Assembly: GCA_001244265.2 (NCBI GenBank)
Contig: CDLV01000015.1
Location: forward strand, 744,001-808,000
Reading direction: 5' to 3'
Source: Microbotryum violaceum
Taxonomy: Eukaryota
Length of the DNA stretch: 64,000 nucleotides
This document shows, piece after piece, positions 1-11,946 of the stretch (the stretch's first letter is position 1; each line of letters begins with the position of its first letter). A program made the translations under genes and the position numbers. The notes under the pieces were generated by a model. That model saw nothing but the letters and a program-made list of their open reading frames with translations. It did not search any database and was not told where the DNA came from.

Positions 1-598
1 TTGTTCTCCTTCGGATTTGGCGTTCTGGTGAAGCGAACTCGCTTGTTGTGAGCTTTGAAGCCGGGTTGGCCTCGAGGAAGGCAGCCAGCTCCTTGCGATA
101 CTGCGCGCGCAGATTCTCGAAGTTGTTACCCACTCGGAGCCAGCCGAGCGCCTTGTACGACCCTGAGCAGAGACGAGGTAGCGGACCGACCGTTTCGAGT
201 TCCTCGAGACTCTTGAAAGCAGGCGTATACAGCGAGTTGTGATGCTTCTTCTTCACTTTGTCGAGCAGCAACTTTCGACAGTCGACGGAGTCGTGGGACC
301 AAGACGATCGGATGAGACGCCGAGCCACGAGCTTTTTCCCTTCGTCGACGTCGCGAACGTACGAGAGCCTATCGTTGAACTCGGGATTTTGGGTCGGAGG
401 ACGAAAGCGTGACGGGGCTTGGGGGTGTGGGCTTTTCGCGATTTTGGCCCATCTGAAGCCTAAATTTGTCCAGTCGGGCGCTACGCGCGTCAGGCTGGGC
501 TTTCGGGGGTCCTCGGCCGACTCGACCGACAGTTGTGTCGCACGACTACCTCGACTCGCGCCCGACTAACCGTTCGTGAGCGGTTGATGGTAGCTCAT
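1..598 (-). CDS. Hypothetical protein, partial (runs off left edge)
   Basis: ATG at 598, 28-nt exon 1 and intron 570-481 (GTTAGT...CTGAC...TAG). Splicing keeps a stop-free frame to base 1 (MSYHQPLTNAPDWTNLGFRWAKIAK...ENLRAQYRKELAAFLEANP...). Not in the ORF track because it has no stop in the window. Confidence 0.5.
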
Positions 599-744
599 CT
601 TTCACGCCCTTGCCGCCAACTACACGTCTCGGTGAACCACGTACACCCTGTCATTCGTGAATTTCTACGGTACACTTGCCAGTACATTCTGTGCTCCAGT
701 CTGCGCTGCCGCCTTTTTGTCCTCATTGCCCACACACGTCATAT

Positions 745-2420
745 CCCACGCCCGGACTCGGAGGCATCTCGCAGCTGTTTTCCCTCCTCGCTGTCCGCTA
801 CAAGCGCAATCTGTCGCGGTCTGGTCTTTCACGCAGGCACCAGAGCTATCAGTGAGTGTGAATGAGACATTCCTTTTATTCGAAACCCGCTACACCATTA
901 AGGACTCTGACGGAGCTTTTGAGAGTAGTGAAGCCCAACGATGCTCCTGTCAAGTACTCAAGGAGCATTGCTCCTGTCAAGTACTCAAGGAGCATTGTTC
1001 CCGGCCACGACACCAACCGCAAGAAATCATCCACGACAGACTTAGGTAGGAGCTGGGCGTTCGTATTGAGTTCTCTCGAAATCTACACACGTTTTGTGGC
1101 AACTCCAAATCCCGACTTAGACAACCTGGCCGAGCATGTCACCTTTTCGGGTACTTGGGGGGAGGAAGAGCCGATGAAAGACCTCTTTGCCCAAATCAAT
1201 GCGGTTGTGAGTCTGCTATGTCGTTGCCCAATACAAGTTACCCAATATATTAATTACAAAAGGGATCTTCTTCTTGCGCACCAGGGTCCGGCTATACGCC
1301 ATATCGTCGCAAGTGGGTTTCTCAACATCGTCGTTCCGACCTCGGCCGGCCAGCAACCTCACGAGGACCACGCACCGGACGCCGTCGTTCTCTTCTCTTC
1401 GCGTCGACCGAGCCAATCGAGAGGATCTGGGCTATGTCAGACGACGAATGGAGGAGGGGGGGGGGGGGGGGTACGGTTAGGCAAACATCCAGAGGATCTC
1501 CGCAGAGTGAACCAGGTTCTCGCTCCTAATCAAGAAGGAAAACAAAGGAGGCTCTGCCGCTTGGCAGAGCAATTGTCGATTTCAGTCGATAAAACCTCCG
1601 CACACTCTGCCAAGCGGCAGAGCCTCCTTTATTTCCCTTCTTGAGTTCTCCAGGGACGAAGACTTGGTTCACCTCGCGGAGATCCTCTGGATGTTTGCCT
1701 AACCGTACCCCCCCCCCCCCCCCCCCCCTCCTCCATTCGTCGTCTGACATAGCCCAGATCCTCTCGATTGGCTCGGTCGACGCGAAGAGAAGAGAACGAC
1801 GGCGTCCGGTGCGTGGTCCTCGTGAGGTTGCTGGCCGGCCGAGGTCGGAACGACGATGTTGAGAAACCCACTTGCGACGATATGGCGTATAGCCGGACCC
1901 TGGTGCGCAAGAAGAAGATCCCTTTTGTAATTAATATATTGGGTAACTTGTATTGGGCAACGACATAGCAGACTCACAACCGCATTGATTTGGGCAAAGA
2001 GGTCTTTCATCGGCTCTTCCTCCCCCCAAGTACCCGAAAAGGTGACATGCTCGACCAGGTTGTCTAACTCGGGAGCTGGAGTTGCCACAAACGTGTGCAG
2101 GTTTCGCGAGAACTCAATACAACCAGCTCCTGCTTAATTCGGTCATGGATGACTTCCCTGCGGTTGGTGTTGAGGCCGGGAGCACTGCTCCTTGAGTACT
2201 TGACGGGAGCATCGTTGGGCTTCACTGCTCTCAAAAGCTCCGTCAGAGTCTTAACCAACTCACGGGAGTGATAAATTTCGAAGCAGTGACGCGTTGTAAT
2301 CTCACTCACTTGTCGCTGCTGTCGCTTGCGAGGAAGGCAAAAGCACGACCGTGTTACGATGGCAGTGGACCGCGAGAAGGAAGCACCGGCTGCAAGATGC
2401 GCCCTGCTGGCGTGGCGCCG
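745..2420. repeat. Large inverted repeat (fold-back) with arms of ~820 bp and a 35-nt spacer (1570-1604)
   Basis: 1131-1503 is the reverse complement of 1676-2053 except for poly-G/C length (16 vs 21). The inner 26 bp (1544-1569 vs 1605-1630) pair perfectly. The outer arms are homologous but diverged. The ORF track gives identical peptides on opposite strands (1216..1416- and 1768..1968+). Confidence 0.95.
942..995 (+). repeat. Perfect 27-bp tandem duplication (TGCTCCTGTCAAGTACTCAAGGAGCAT x2)
   Basis: Read directly from the sequence. The right arm of the palindrome has only one copy (~2185-2212). Confidence 0.95.
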
Positions 2421-2467
2421 TAGGCTCCGACCGAAGAGGACGATGGGACACGAGGGGCCGTGGTACC

Positions 2468-2556
2468 CGGGATCCCGTCGGGGACATTTCCGACATAGCG
2501 GGCCGGGTTCAGGTTGTCTCGGGATCCCGCGGGAGACATTTCCGACATAGCGGGCC
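2468..2556. repeat. Two near-identical 37-bp direct repeats (period 52)
   Basis: CGGGATCCCG...GACATTTCCGACATAGCGGGCC at 2468-2504 and 2520-2556. Confidence 0.85.
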
Positions 2557-2647
2557 TCGCAGGAGTCGTTCCGGTTGTAGCGGGGTCGCGTCATTCTAGC
2601 GGGGTCTGTGGTACTCGGGATTCCGTCGGAAGCAGCGGTTGTAGCGG

Positions 2648-2722
2648 AGTCGTCTCGGTCGAAGCAGGGTCGGGTTCCGAAGTCGTTCCGGTCGAAGCAG
2701 GATCGAGTTCCGAAATCGTTTC
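2648..2722. repeat. Degenerate 33-bp tandem repeat
   Basis: AGTCGT(C/T)(T/C)CGGTCGAAGCAGG(G/A)TCG(G/A)GTTCCGA x2 plus a partial copy. Translates as SE(L/P)DPAST(G/E)TT on the minus strand. Confidence 0.7.
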
Positions 2723-5615
2723 GAGGGCCGAGTCGGGAGTCGTTTCAATTTCCACTAGTCCGGGCAGGATCAAAACGCCGGTTTCGGCAGATTTCTCAGC
2801 GGTTAAGCGGTCCCGGATATGCTCAGTACTTCGGTGACTTGAGGCCTGACTGTCGGCGACGAATTATGTGGCGGGATCTGAATGGAAGACCGGGCCGGAT
2901 GCGCGGATGAAGGGATGAAGGGGAATGAAAGGAGCGCAGCGGTTTGAATGGTCGGAACGTTTGAGGGGAGTTTGCTTCTTGTTTTTAGCTAGACCACTTC
3001 TAGGATCCAATACAGCATCTTAGCTGGTTCTCATTTTCTGCTTGTTTCAAGTCTCGTCTCTTGTCTCTTGTCTCCAGTCTCAGCGTTTCGTTCTCGTACT
3101 CGGTCTCGTTTCTCGGTTTGGGCCCCTTTCTCGCCTCTCGTCTCGCGCCGTTCTGGTCGCTCTCTCTCTCGTCTCTCGTCTCCCTCGTCTTCGGTCTCAG
3201 TCCCCTCTTTTCCCGTATCATTCCATATCATCTTTGATCGACCGCCTTGCTATACCATAGGGGCGGCGCAGGCGTCATGACGGAACGGAACGGTGAGAGT
3301 ACGGAAAGAGAGCACTAGAGTTTACGTGGTGCAGCGAGACGTGTAGTCGGCGGGAGGAGCGTGAGAGGTGTGCTTGCACACGGGGGCATGGGCTACGTGC
3401 TCGCTACTGGCGATTATGACTTGGACAGACCGCAGGCTGCTCAGTGGGCCAGCGTGCAGGTCGCGCAAACTATGCATGGCCGGCCGGCCGAACTTTCACT
3501 GCAGATGATCATAGGAGCAATACAGTCAAGCGATTTGGGCAAAATCTCGATACACACTCTTAGCTCCAAATCGGGTGGTCATGAATTCGCTGTAACCTCT
3601 CTTCGTGCTTTTGTATGTAGTGATCGACTCCCGACTCGAAGTCAAACTTCGATTGACGGCTTTCAGTTCAAGCCGCTCCTTGGATTGGGAGTGGGCTTCT
3701 TCATGTACAGGAAGTATTGACCGCGACACCGAATGGACCACTCGTTTCCGGCCCAATAGAGAATATGGCACAACTGCGACTATCCTATGGTAAACCAAGA
3801 GGGGACCCGTTAACTTGAGGGGAACTTCAATAGCAAGTTGGAGGGCTACGGATCCCGCTGACCGGGGTGAGAACATCGGATGATAAACGTCTTGCGAATC
3901 TCAGTAGATGCTGCTCGGTACAAAAGGGAGGCACATCATCAAGATCGCGCTTTCAGGTGGAGATGGTCTACCAACAGAATCCACACATACGCAGAAGAAA
4001 CACCGACAAAGGAAGTTGCGGAGGGCGACTGTGGTGGATGTGTCGATACACGGTTTCGTCTGCCGCACTTGCCTTGCACCTGCCTGTGGTGTCCATGTTC
4101 CCATCAGACGTCACGTACAAATCCTGTGCGTCCTTTGTATCCAGTCCGCCGCTCACAAGAAGCGATTACAGCGTGCCCGTATTTTCCTTCACTTTTCATT
4201 GTCGTAAAACAGTGCTCACATCTATTGGAGATGCATTTGGGCACACTGCGTAGGCCAACCAAGGAAATCAGTGTTCCCTTTCGTTTAGACATGGTTATGG
4301 TGATTGTCCATCCAGTTCGTCGCTGGAAAGACTTCGGCGACGTGGGAGCCGATTCGGAGCCGCGGGCGGCGACGCTGACCGCGGTGGCCCTCGCCCCCTG
4401 AATGAGCACACCCCTGAGCCTCTACTGCGCGGGCGTGCAACGGCTCAGAAGGCAGGAGACCCTGCGGAAGCAGGATGGGGGCCGAGCTGCGGGCTCTGGT
4501 CCCTTGGTCGTCGTCAAGGGATCGTTAGAATGTTGCAATGTTCTGGGTGAAGTGGTTTTGGTATGCCCTCAGCGCTCCGACGGCCAGTGCCAGCAGCATC
4601 CTCCGTGTCGTCACCAGTGAGGCTCAAGCCTGGCCGGCCGTGACGTCGGGGCCATACTTGAGGCGCTCCTGCGCTTGGGCGCGCGTGAGCTCGGAAAGCC
4701 CCGTCCGTGCTGCCCCTTCTCCCGACTTTTGAAGAAGGGCGGGCGTGTCGACGCTCTCCTGTGGGCTGCTCTCGCCCTTCTTTTTGCTTCTCTTCACACA
4801 TCCAACCCTGACCTACGTCCGCCCCTTCCATCTGCTCTCCATAAGAAGGGCTCTTCGCATTACGACTGATGACGTTGTCGCCGCACTGGCCTGGCCCACA
4901 CCCGCGAAGTCACGAGTCGGCCGGTGGTGGAGCAGCAGCGACGACCACAACCGCTACCTCGAGCGCGACCACGACGGGCAAGCGCATGATGGCGTCCATG
5001 TCTCACCACGCACATCGACCCCACGACGCGTCGACGGACCCGGCCCATTCTCCTAATCCCTCCTTGGGGACCAAGCTTTCGTATGAGATTCGACTCGAAG
5101 GCAAAGGAGTTGTGACGGGCTCGCTGTACGACCCCGTTCGTTATGAGGCGAATCCCCGTCGTGCGCTGCTCAGCGCGCCGTCAGCGGGCGGGGTGGTGGG
5201 GTCGTCTGCCACCCCTCATGCACGCGCTCCTGCGATTGGCTCGACCACCGCGACCAAGCGCAGGGCCCATTCCCCTGCACGGCAAGAACATCAACTACCC
5301 GGGAAACGTAATTGTATCGTAGCTGCTACTGCAGCTCACGGTCGATGTGAGTCTTCATGTACTTGTCCTGGTGTGGTCCCTTCGCGCGTGGGTCCCGCCG
5401 AGTAGTCATCGACGCGCTGGGCTGGCTCGAGCTGCTATCATGCAGTCGTCAGTCAGTCCGGCTCCAGCTGTTTGGTCGCCCCGCCTTCTGCTCGCGCTCG
5501 CGTTGTTGATACGAGGCGCGATACAGCACCACGGCACATTCCCACCACCGAACTTTGGATATCCAGGAAGACGCTTACTGAACGGTACTGACTGCTCTCT
5601 TTTTCTCTCGTGTAG

Positions 5616-7277
5616 CCTCGACTCGAACGGCGACGACAGCAGCCCAGACAGGACCATCGACGGGGGCCGTGAAGTTGCCCCACCTTCTCTCGCACATGTC
5701 GCTCGGCGATGAATTCGCCCTCAGTCCATCAGAAGAGGTTCGAGCCGCTTTTGAGCACGCACATCAATGCTCATCCTCTCCACTACGCTCGACGACATTC
5801 CCCGGACGAACGTCCACCAAGCGCACACCAGGGACATCATTGACGTCAGAGGGGAAACGAAGCGCGGAGGATTGCATCCACTTGACGATGCGGTGCAAGA
5901 AGATGAAACTTTATCATGCCTTTTATCGGTGTGGATCACTCTTCTATCGATCTGCTCCGATATCCGACATCACTTCGGGCCCTACGTTGACTCCACCAGC
6001 ATCAGAAGCCGCCTCCGCTCCGATGTCGACGCCAACTCCGAGAAGATACATCCCGCAAACAACGCGTCGGCTATCGTCTTGGTGGGCATCCGCTTCTCGA
6101 CACGATGGAGATGCACGCGTCAGTCGTATGTGCCCCGACGAAGCGATCTGGGTCGCGAACGCTGGGTCAGAGTGGCAGGGCCCCAAGTGGCAGACGTTGT
6201 GGAGCCAGAGGGTCAATGCCAACAAGGCCGAAGATAAATCTTCAAGCGGATGTCCCTCAAAGTTGGATGGGACGTTGAGCTCGAGTGATGAGCTCTCGTC
6301 GCCGACTGCGGCACCGAAGGGCTTGTCAAAATTCTCGTTCCGGTCAAGACCTTCTCGCTCCGTTTCGTCCCTATCGAATTGGACTCCTCCTACATCCCAA
6401 CCGCACACGCACCTGTCGGGCGAGCACAGCTTCCCTTGGGCTCCGATACCGCTCAAACAACACCTCTTGGCGGTGCTGAGGGCTCGTTCGACCGAGAGTG
6501 GAAATAGTTCGAAAGCAGGGGACGCGGGGTTGAAGTTCAAAAAGTGAGTACGGATAACTTGGCGCGAAAAGATCACGAGAAGACTTGCTGACCTTGTTTG
6601 GATCAATTAGGTGGGTCATTTGGAATCATTGGTCAAGAAAAGGACGATCCGAGCGGACCGACGCAGAGGAGGGCGAATTCGACGGCATCGACGACTCTGA
6701 CGACTCGGACGAGGAGGACATGATGTCCCCAACTACACAGGACGACGACGTGCGGGGCGATCCTATGGGTTACGATGCGACGAGTCACCCTTTCGAAAGC
6801 GAGAAAGAGTCGATGTGGTCAGAAGATCCAACGAACTTCTTTGACGGCGAGAACGCATTGGATGCCGCTCTCGATTCGACTGTCGTGCCTCTTCCGATCG
6901 TGCTCTGTGACAAACCGGGCGTGACCGTTGTCGATCCCATTGTCTTACCTCTACTCGTGGACGACGACCTCGTCGAATCAGAGGACGTCGGTACCGAATC
7001 GAACTATACGCTCGATTCATCATCATCGGTCTCCCCGATCCTGCTTCAGCAACCTCACCTTCTCTCCCTTCGACCAAATTTACGGCGATCGCATTCCGCC
7101 CCATCGTCCATCTCGTCGCTCTCTTCATCGTCCCCAGGCTCAGCGATTCTCTCGGACGATCCATCCTTGTTCATGTTCGACCCTACCGCGAGCGCTGGTG
7201 CGAATGGCGTCGTCGAACTTGTGTGCGTCGATCGGAAGGACGGTGCGACGTCACCTCCTATCACTTGTGAGGGGTGA
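5616..7277 (+). CDS. Hypothetical Ser/acidic-rich protein (5' end uncertain)
   Basis: A long open frame starts after the acceptor at 5615. Intron 6544-6610 (GTGAGT...CTGAC...TAG) joins ORF 5669..6547 in frame to ORF 6585..7277. No family recognised. Confidence 0.55.
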
Positions 7278-7660
7278 AGAAGTGTACAGCGTAGTAAAAG
7301 TGTACATAGATTCTTTGGCCGTCAGATTACACAGTTTGGCGGAAAAGCAGATTGTTGTAATTCACGTGTTTTGTATTGTTCCTGCTACCTCGTAAGGGGG
7401 GTATTGGTTTACTGTCCCCGTAGGTTGTCAAGGGGAAGGAGGGAGGCTCACGAGTGATTTGTTGATGGTTCTAGGATACATCCTTGCGTTCATTCTCACA
7501 CTCTTCTCTGCGCGACGGCTCGCACGCACATTGGAATAGGGACCGCGAAAAAACGTGATACGAAGAGAATCAATTCCCAATCACTTTGCACATACGCACA
7601 CAGAACACGAAAAAAAATCAACACCTCGAATCCCCAACCTGGGGACGTTTGCTTTCCGTT

Positions 7661-8909
7661 CTAAGAAAGCATGACCATCCAAGCCAACAGGAAGAAGAGG
7701 AGGACCAAGGGGTAGATGGCCAAGACGGCGCGATCCTTTTCGAGGCGCGTGCCGCCGAGGAAATTGACGGCGGCTTTTGGGTAGAAATGTGCAAACGGAG
7801 TCAAGGGTTAGTTTAGAATGTTTTCTACGAGAGGGTTTTGGTGCTTACCCCAGATGGACCACCCGAACGCAGCGAGACAGATGGGCAAACGGATCCAGAG
7901 GACTTTGATGAAGACGGAGACGATGGCGGCGATATCGATGGGAAAGACGCAGTAGCCCAGGACGCAAAGGGATTGGAAGAAGGAGCTGAAAAGTTCGTTG
8001 AGATGTGGGTGAGTTTTCAAGGGTGTTTTGAGGTTGGAAGTTGGGCGGGACGTACACTTTGCCTCCGAGGAGCTTGGCGTTGAGGGTCACGACGACCGAG
8101 CCGAGCCAGACAATGACGAAGACGCCGGTGAAGATGGCCAGGGATTGTTCCGAGGGCGCTGTGGGGGAACGGGAAAGTCCGACATGTCAGTTGCGGTACA
8201 GGGTCTTGGATTGGATTGGCGCCAACCCTCACCATTTGTCGAGAGCAGGATAGCGAGCGAGAGGCAGAACTGGGAAGCAAGTCGTCGATTTCCGCTTGGT
8301 CAGCACGAGAAGGGCCTGTCTCGAGAAAGTTGATGACTTGCCATCAAAGGTCCCCAGAGGTCCCAGTCCTTCAAAACGGCGTTCTCGCTCGTCGGGTGCA
8401 AGACTTGCACGATCTTGGTGCCGATCGCTCGCAGGTCCCTCATCTGCGCGTCGGGTCAAACGCGAGGTTCAACTGTGAATCTTGCCTGGCGTAAGTTTGT
8501 GCTGTGACTGACAATAGTCTCTGATACAGGTTCATCCAACGTGTCTTGACCCGTGTACCTGTTGGGAGCGAGTGATTCAGTCAGCCCCCCTCCGCCCCCC
8601 ACCACTCTGCACTCCGCTTGCGACCCACCTCGTCTCCGTCTTGACGCCCCCAACCGTACTCCTCGTAGTCCTCTCCCCGACCCCACCAGGACTGCTCCCA
8701 ATCCTCCCACTCAACGCATTCGGGTCCGGTGAAACGGAAGCAGCCCTCCCCTTCCCCTTGTTAGAATTCGGTGTCGTAGCCGGAAGAGGGAGCAGCCCTT
8801 CGGATTGACCAGTGGTGTGGGTGTGGAGGTTCGCGGAGGAGTGCGCGACGAGGTCGTCGCCTTCCTCGTCCGAGTCGGCGGCGATGGTGTAGGATTGGTG
8901 GGAGGACAT
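7661..8909 (-). CDS. Yip1-domain Golgi membrane protein (YIPF6/Yip4-like)
   Basis: Spliced exons give TLDEPVSETI, RDLRAIGTKIVQVLHP, DWDLWGPL, FFQSLCVLGYCVFP and LAIYPLVLLFFLLAWMVMLS*, which are typical Yip1-family motifs. Confidence 0.9.
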
Positions 8910-9271
8910 GATGAGCGACGCGCAAGGGGTCGGCCTCCTGTTCGTCTGGGCCGCGCCGGTGGAGCGTTCCTCAGCTTGGCAGCTTGGGAGGGAGTGTGGG
9001 CGCGCGGGCTCTACCTCGTGTGGGGTTTGTACTGAGTACGAATACGTGTGTTGAGAGGCGGTGGTGTTGGAGTGTGGGCAGGCGAGGTGAGCAGGAAATG
9101 AGTTCAAATCGGGCCGCCGTTCTAATGACGCGACGCTCTTTCCCCAGCCACGTATTCACGTCGTGAGCTCGGACCGCTTTCACCCCGAAAACTGATCGAG
9201 CACGCGAGACTGGCTGGCGCCTTCGCAGCCTTGCAGCTCTCCGCAACGATTCTCGCTCGCGGTGTTGGCCC

Positions 9272-9320
9272 ACGCACGTGTAGGAAACGCACGTGTAGGA
9301 AACGCACGTGTAGGAAACGC
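9272..9320. promoter_or_regulatory. 3x15-bp tandem repeat, each unit containing a CACGTG E-box, in a divergent promoter
   Basis: ACGCACGTGTAGGAA x3 between the Yip1-family gene (-) and the G-patch gene (+). Regulatory role is inferred. Confidence 0.6.
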
Positions 9321-9478
9321 CTATCGTATCCCAAGCATCAGGACAGAGACACCACTCTTTGCTTCAAGGCCTTACACCTTGGAATCCTCCTTACACACCT
9401 CAGCTCGCTTCATTTAGTCAACCTCGACTCGAACCCCGTTCTCGCTCCACGTGTCCTATCCCACCATCCCCCACCACC

Positions 9479-10612
9479 ATGACCACCACCACCACCCCCT
9501 CCTCTTCAACCAAAACCACATTCTCCCCTCACATTTACCTTCAAAGCCAAGGCTGGACCCCAGGTCAACCTCTCACCTCAGCCCCTAACGCGCGTGCGAG
9601 ACCGATCACCATTGTGCATAAAATGACTTTAAGCGGTTTGGGTAAAGATCGGGATAGGAGTTATAATTGGTGGGAAGTGGTTTTTGAAGGTTTGGCCGGG
9701 AAGGTCAAGGTGAGTTCAAATTGGCTGTGGGGTTTAGAGGCTCTTTTGAGGTGGCGCAGGGTGGGGGGGGGTGGGGGGGGCTCGAGTGGGGCTTTGGCGA
9801 GGAGCGGGGAGAGGAGTTTTGGACTGCCCAAGTCTGGATTTGAAGGGTTCATATGATTGCAGCTAGGATCGCAAGTAGTGACACAATATTACTCGTTCAC
9901 TCATTCACAGAAAGAGCACGATCGCACCTCAACGGGTCTGATATCCCCTCTACCCCCTCGCCCACAACCCTCCGCGCTGGATTCGCACTACCAATCTACA
10001 CCATCCACTTCCACTTCCACATCCACCGGAACTTCAACGGGAGGAGGAGGTGGTTTGAATTGGGAAGCGATGGGCCACGCCAAGATGGAGATCGCGAGGA
10101 GGCAGTTGTATGCGAGCTTCTTGAGGGGGACAGTGATTGGGTCGACGGTGGGGGAGGAGGAGGTGGTGGTGAAGAAGGAGGAGGTGATGAAGGAGGAGGA
10201 TGTGGTGAAGGAGGAGATGGTGATAATGAAGGAGGAGATGGTGATAAAGGAGGAGGAGATGTTGAAGAAGGAGGTGCTACAAGGGGTTAAGCGGGAAAAT
10301 AAGGATTGGAAGGGGAAGGACAAAAATAAGAAGAAGAAGGGGAAAGAAGTTGATGTAAATGATGACGAAGGGATAAAAAAGAGGTCGAGGAAGCGGCAGG
10401 CCGAGGAAGAGATAAAGGTGGAGGGGAAGGAGGTGACAGGCAAGGCGTCGAAGAAGAGCAAGAAAAAGGACAGGAGGGAGAAAAAGGACAAAGACGCCTC
10501 AAGCACAACAGTGGATGAGAGAGATGCCGAAGTGGACGAAGCGCAAGAAATTGCGAGGATGGTCGCCAAAGAGGAATGGCGGAGGGAGAATAAATTGGCC
10601 CAAGGTCGGTAA
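9479..10612 (+). CDS. G-patch domain, Lys/Glu-rich protein (Tma23-like ribosome biogenesis factor); 3' end uncertain
   Basis: YLQSQGWTPGQPL...GLGKDRDRSYNWWEVVF is a G-patch-like N-terminus. Intron ~9710-9909 is followed by RRQLYASFLRG and a KE-rich tail. Confidence 0.75.
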
Positions 10613-11946
10613 AATGGCCCGGACAGGGTGTGGGATAGAGTAGCTTGACGTGATATTACGATCGGGAAAAGGGTCGTGTATATTAGCTTCGAAGATCATC
10701 ACCTGACTAGCACGAGCTGGAGGACCCGTCGTCGTCGTGCTCGGACACTCGTTCCACCCGACGCTCGATTTGCTCGTCACTTCCCGAGCTCGTCAACGAG
10801 AGCAAGGGCCCCCCTTTCGAATGATCTTCACAGAATGAACGCTTGGCCAAAGGCAAAAGGCCATGAAATCAAGAGGTCCAGGCACTACTTTCCGGATCCG
10901 GGAATTGATGGACAGAATCGCCTCGATTGGAGGTGCCCTGGGAGGGGAGGACGATCCTCGCAGATTGCCACTTCGGCCGAACTTGAATCCTTCCGCCGAA
11001 AGGATCGGATGATGCAATGACCGAGGGGAAGCGGGGTCCCCTCATCTACATCTACATAAATAACACATATCATATCCACCTTCATGTGCTTAATGGATGA
11101 AACTACTCGACCCTACAAGTGCTTCAAAAGCACTTTGTCGAAAGCCTACGTTTTCAAGGGTTCAGAGACCACAGACGTTCGTTGGGCTTCCATGCCGTTG
11201 TCTGTACGCGACAGGAGGCATCTTTTACGAGCGGTGGGGGGAAAAGAGGACGTCGACTCCAACAAGCTTGGCGCTAGTCGACCGAAAGGGTGGCAATCTC
11301 GCTCACCAATCTACTTTGCTTCATTTGGATGCATTAGCGTCTTCAGGGGGGTCGCTCTATTGACACTAGCCTGTTTTTGAGGTGAGCGCGTTCTCTTGGG
11401 AACCAAAAAGCTCGGACCGTTGACGAACCTACGCGGCCGGCGCGCCCTCGCTTCAACTCACCTATCTCGGTTCCGAAGCCTCCACTCTTGCAACGCGCCG
11501 TTCCAAAGCGCGTTTCTGTTTCCCCCTCTACCTCTTCTTGACTGTTTGCTTTGCACCACGCTTCATCTGTGGTTGGATCAAGACGAGCACGCGACATGTC
11601 TTTTGCACCTAATCTCACCCATCGTCCTTCCGTCAAGCGCTCCCGAATGCACACAACACCCGCAAAGGTTAGTCTCTTTGCGCCTTCACTTTTGGACACT
11701 GTTTTCGGCTTCTTGCGCGGATGCGTCTTTTTCTTCGGGACGGACGGACAGGCTTGAGGACGGCGCAGGCCGGCCGAGGCTCTGCTAAGCCTGGGAAAAA
11801 GGAGGCCAGTGCTCCACCCCTTCGAGAGTGCTTGGTGCTTGACCATCTGCAGTCTAGTCCTCGGGGTCGAAGCTGACTTGATTCCTGGATTATATACTTC
11901 AAACTCTACTTTATCCTTCCTCCTTCCTGTTCTCACTATTCAGCCC

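Noticed and set aside
862-1644. 260-aa ORF in the left palindrome arm as a real intronless gene
   Set aside because: It reads through apparent intron sequences and a poly-G run whose length differs between arms, so it is more likely a decayed spliced gene.
2468-2556. 37-bp repeats with a palindromic start resembling a CRISPR array
   Set aside because: Only two imperfect copies with a 15-nt gap, eukaryotic context and no cas genes.
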